DNA from: Vermamoeba vermiformis
Taxonomy: Eukaryota
Assembly (NCBI GenBank): GCA_045837725.1
Contig: JBEWZL010000260.1
Coordinates: 682,001 to 720,738, forward strand
Length of the DNA: 38,738 bases
Reading direction: 5' to 3'
Shown here: piece by piece, positions 35,965-38,738 of the stretch
How positions within the stretch are numbered: position 1 is the first letter of the stretch
Layout of the letters: every line of letters begins with the position of its first letter
Position numbers and translations under genes: made by a program
The notes under the pieces: generated by a model
The model's database searches: none
What the model was told of the DNA's origin: nothing
Seen by the model: the letters and a program-made list of their open reading frames with translations, nothing else

Positions 35965-36648
35965 GGCGTTACGTTCAAGGCAACAACATGGGAGGTCGTT
36001 ACCTTCAAGGCGACAACGTCCAAAGTTGGGTAGGTCGTTACCTTCAAGGCGACAACGTCCAAAGTCAGGTAGGTCGTTACCTTCAAGGCGATGACGTCCA
36101 AAGTCAGGGAGGTCGTTACCTTCAAGGCGACAACATGAGAGGTCGTTACCTTTAAGGCGACAACATGGGAGGTCGTTACCTTCAAGGTGACAACATCCAA
36201 AGTTGGTTAGGTTGTTACCCTCAAGGCGACGACGTCCAAAGTCAGGTAGGTCGTTACCTTCAAGGCAACAACGTCCAAAGTCAGGGAGGTCGTTACCTTC
36301 AAGGCGACAACGTTGGGGGTTGTTACCTTCAAGGCGACAACGTCCAAAGTCAGGTAGGTCGTTACCTTCAAGGCGACGACATCCAAAGTCAGGGAGGTCG
36401 TTACCTTCAAGGCGACGACGTCCAAAGTCAGGTAGGTCGTTACCTTCAAGGCGACAACGTCCAAAGTCAGGGAGGTCGTTACCTTCAAGGCGATGACGTC
36501 CAAAGTCAGGGAGGTCGTTACCTTCAAGGCGACGACGTCCAAAGTCAGGTAGGTCGTTACCTTCAAGGCGACAACGTCCAAAGTCAGGGAGGTCGTTACC
36601 TTCAAGGCGACGATGTCCGAAGTTAGGTAGGTTGTTACCTTCAAGGCA
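35965..36648. repeat. Tandem array C: ~18-19 palindromic units of 39 bp (a few 30-bp variants)
   Basis: GGTCGTTACCTTCAAGGCGAC(A/G)ACGTCCAAAGTCAGG(T/G)A; stem GTCGTTACC / GGCGACGAC, loop TTCAA. Confidence 0.97.
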
Positions 36649-36692
36649 TTGCCTTTGTTTTTAATACATCAGTGCAATAATTGAGTGAAGAG

Positions 36693-38061
36693 TTATAATT
36701 TTATTTTATGTTTGAATTTGTTGGCGATCCTACGACACTTTTTGTTAAATCTACGTTTTAACCTTGCAATCTCTTTGTCATTGGCTGCGCTCTCATCTTC
36801 GCTTTCAGTGCAGTCGTCAGAATAATCAGGAAAAGTAACACTATTAAACATTAGAAATTGAAAAGAATTGGATTATAACACATACTTGCAAAGAACATCA
36901 CAATACGGAACAAACATTGTATCAACATCTTCAGTTTCTCTCTTTGGAGCAGCAGACTGGTGATTGCGCGGCTTTTTGACGCGTGTCTCAGTAGTTGGTA
37001 ATCCCTTTCTTTTGGAATTGCTTGCCTCCAGCTGGTACAATTAGCAAAGCTACAGGATGAACATCATACTAACCCTTTGCCAAGTAAAGTAATGAGATAG
37101 CCCTGGCCCTTGGAGAACTGCATCCATTTTGCTCCAATTTTGCGGCAAATCAACAGACTCACATGTTGAATAACAAATTTCTTCTCGTTGAGAGACCAAA
37201 GTAACACTGTACCAGCTTACAGTTGTTTCACGACAAGCTTGTTGCCGAAATGAAAACAGCAACACAGATCTTAATTCAAGCCATCCAAAGTCCATGAAAT
37301 TGACACAGTTCAGTGCCAACGATGACATATGTAAAAACTGACCAATAAATTCAGTGCTCATGCGTTGAAGAAGGTTGCGGTTGTGGTCGTGCTTTAAAAA
37401 TTGTCGAGCATTGATGAATGGACGTATTTCTGTAAAGATATGAGTCTTTTGTTTACTGCAAATCTGGAGATTACCAAAATAATAATATAGCCGTTGAAGA
37501 ATCTCATTGACGAGCAACGGACCAAAACCATTAAATAAGTAAGGATCAAGCAGAGCCTCAAACAAAGTGATTTGTCGCAAGTAATCACTCTGAGTTGACA
37601 AGACAGTTGTGAGGTTCGCGGTGAACAGAGCTGATTCTAAGAGAATGTCAGGGCCGTAAGCATCCCACGCCAGTTCAGGCTGAAAGACCACCACAGATCT
37701 GCCAACCCCTTCATCCACCAACAATAGAGAGTTGCCAGTAACCGTTTTCATTGCTAAAGGGGCTTGCTCTACTACAGCCGGTGCCACACTGTCATGAGCA
37801 GCAAAAACCATATAACTGCCCTTGGAAATACACAATCGCAATGCCCATCCCTCATTGAATATGATACCAAGCTCTCTCCCGCGTGTTTTTACCTAGGAAT
37901 TGTCAATTAAGCTGACTTTAAATGTTTTTATTACCGCGTACAGTTTGTACAGTTAATTTTAGTTGCTGTACAAGGGCAGGTTTAATTTCGCAAAATTCTT
38001 CTGATTTTATCGACTTCTCGAGCCATTGTTGCAAAGAAACGCAGTCCGTGTACTCGAGCAT
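36693..38061 (-). CDS. Fpg/Nei (H2TH) DNA-glycosylase-fold protein, divergent, multi-exon
   Basis: Spliced: MLEYTDCVSLQQWLE (cf. MPELPEVETVRRGL), VKTRGRELGIIF (cf. RRGKYLL), YGPDILL, ITLFEALLDPYLFNGFGPLLVNEILQRL..EIRP (cf. LLDQ..aGiGN.yadEiL.ra.ihP); basic NLS-like and acidic C-terminus; TAA at 36693. Confidence 0.68.
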
Positions 38062-38738
38062 TCTACCAATTCTTCTGCCACCAGGCCTAAATAAAAATTT
38101 TGTTAATATAATGGCTTTATATTTACTATTAATTTAACTAACAATTATCATATCGATTTAATGACGCGCCGGGAGAACTCCAAATTGCCAATTAATTGTA
38201 ACTAATTTATTAATATTTTAAATATTTAAATTAACGCGATCATCAAACAATAGGAATTTCGTACTGCAGATCGTAATTGCAATTAACAAAATTCTAACTC
38301 CAATGTGTACTTACGTTACCGATCAGCTCGTTATTACGCTACAATTTTTTGTTTAAACGGTACTCTACTCTTTCCATTAAAACAAAAGTAATATTTTAAT
38401 TTTTTAGTGAGCATTCGAATGAGAATGGCGCCACTAAATTTTAATCCACGGGTGAGCGGATTAAAATCCGTTTTAAAACGGAAACAATTAACGTTCACGA
38501 ATGGGCGAACGCGTCCACAATTTAGCGGACTATAATAGCACTTACCTTGTGCTTGTCACTGCAATTTGTTCGTGTGAAAGCAAATTTTAATCTCCGATCT
38601 AATTTTAGAAAAACACGTGACCGCCACGTGCTTGTGTCAGAAATTATTTTCCGCGTTTGTTTCATTTTAAATACTTCGCGTAGTCAACACAACACAAGGG
38701 CCCAAACGTCCGTCGTGTTGTTGTTGGCGAACTGTGGA

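Larger units (their letters stand above)
35880..38731. mobile_element. Candidate non-autonomous element bounded by 14-bp inverted repeats, carrying array C and the Fpg/Nei-like gene
   Basis: GACGGATGTTTGGG (35890-35903) vs CCCAAACGTCCGTC (38701-38714), 13/14 inverted match; left edge interrupts an exon whose paralogs at 32020 and 33751 run on to a donor; right copy sits in the loop of a larger hairpin. Confidence 0.4.

Noticed and set aside
35904-36644. Repetitive ORFs on both strands (QGDDVQSQVGRYL / VVALKVTT)
   Set aside because: By-product of a 39/30-bp period (multiples of 3); open in several frames and both strands with no gene structure
27701-36648. Palindromic arrays A, B and C as CRISPR arrays
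   Set aside because: Sequence between palindromes is itself repeated (no unique spacers), no cas genes are present, and the context is eukaryotic
25090-38738. Autonomous transposon or endogenous virus
   Set aside because: No transposase, RT, integrase, Rep/helicase, polymerase or capsid motifs recognisable within the window

Overview
Intron-rich eukaryotic DNA in the standard genetic code, with short AT-rich GT-AG introns. A free-living amoeba-like protist is my inference from gene content (F-box/LRR, F-box/ankyrin, Zn2Cys6 factor, PA-domain 7TM protein, GH5 cellulase). Bases 1-25,030 are mostly ordinary genes: four tandem membrane-anchored 11beta-HSD-like SDRs, glyoxalase II, a TruA-family pseudouridine synthase, two F-box genes, a PA-7TM receptor-like gene, a Zn2Cys6 transcription factor, a damaged GH5 endoglucanase, a DUF1499 membrane protein and an MFS sugar porter. 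Bases ~25,090-38,738 form a very different accessory, mobile-element-like block with no recognisable transposase. It holds a CpG-depleted pseudogene, three tandem arrays of palindromic units, a duplicated 68-bp putative bidirectional promoter core and a Fpg/Nei-fold gene lacking the catalytic Pro2. It also holds the most unusual feature: a ~4.3-kb + strand array of more than 20 regularly spaced spliceosomal exons with no joint ORF, most of which fold into stem-loops, many built on a GATC(G/C) arm. This is a candidate spliced multi-hairpin non-coding RNA system. Exon boundaries and folds were read by eye and are approximate.
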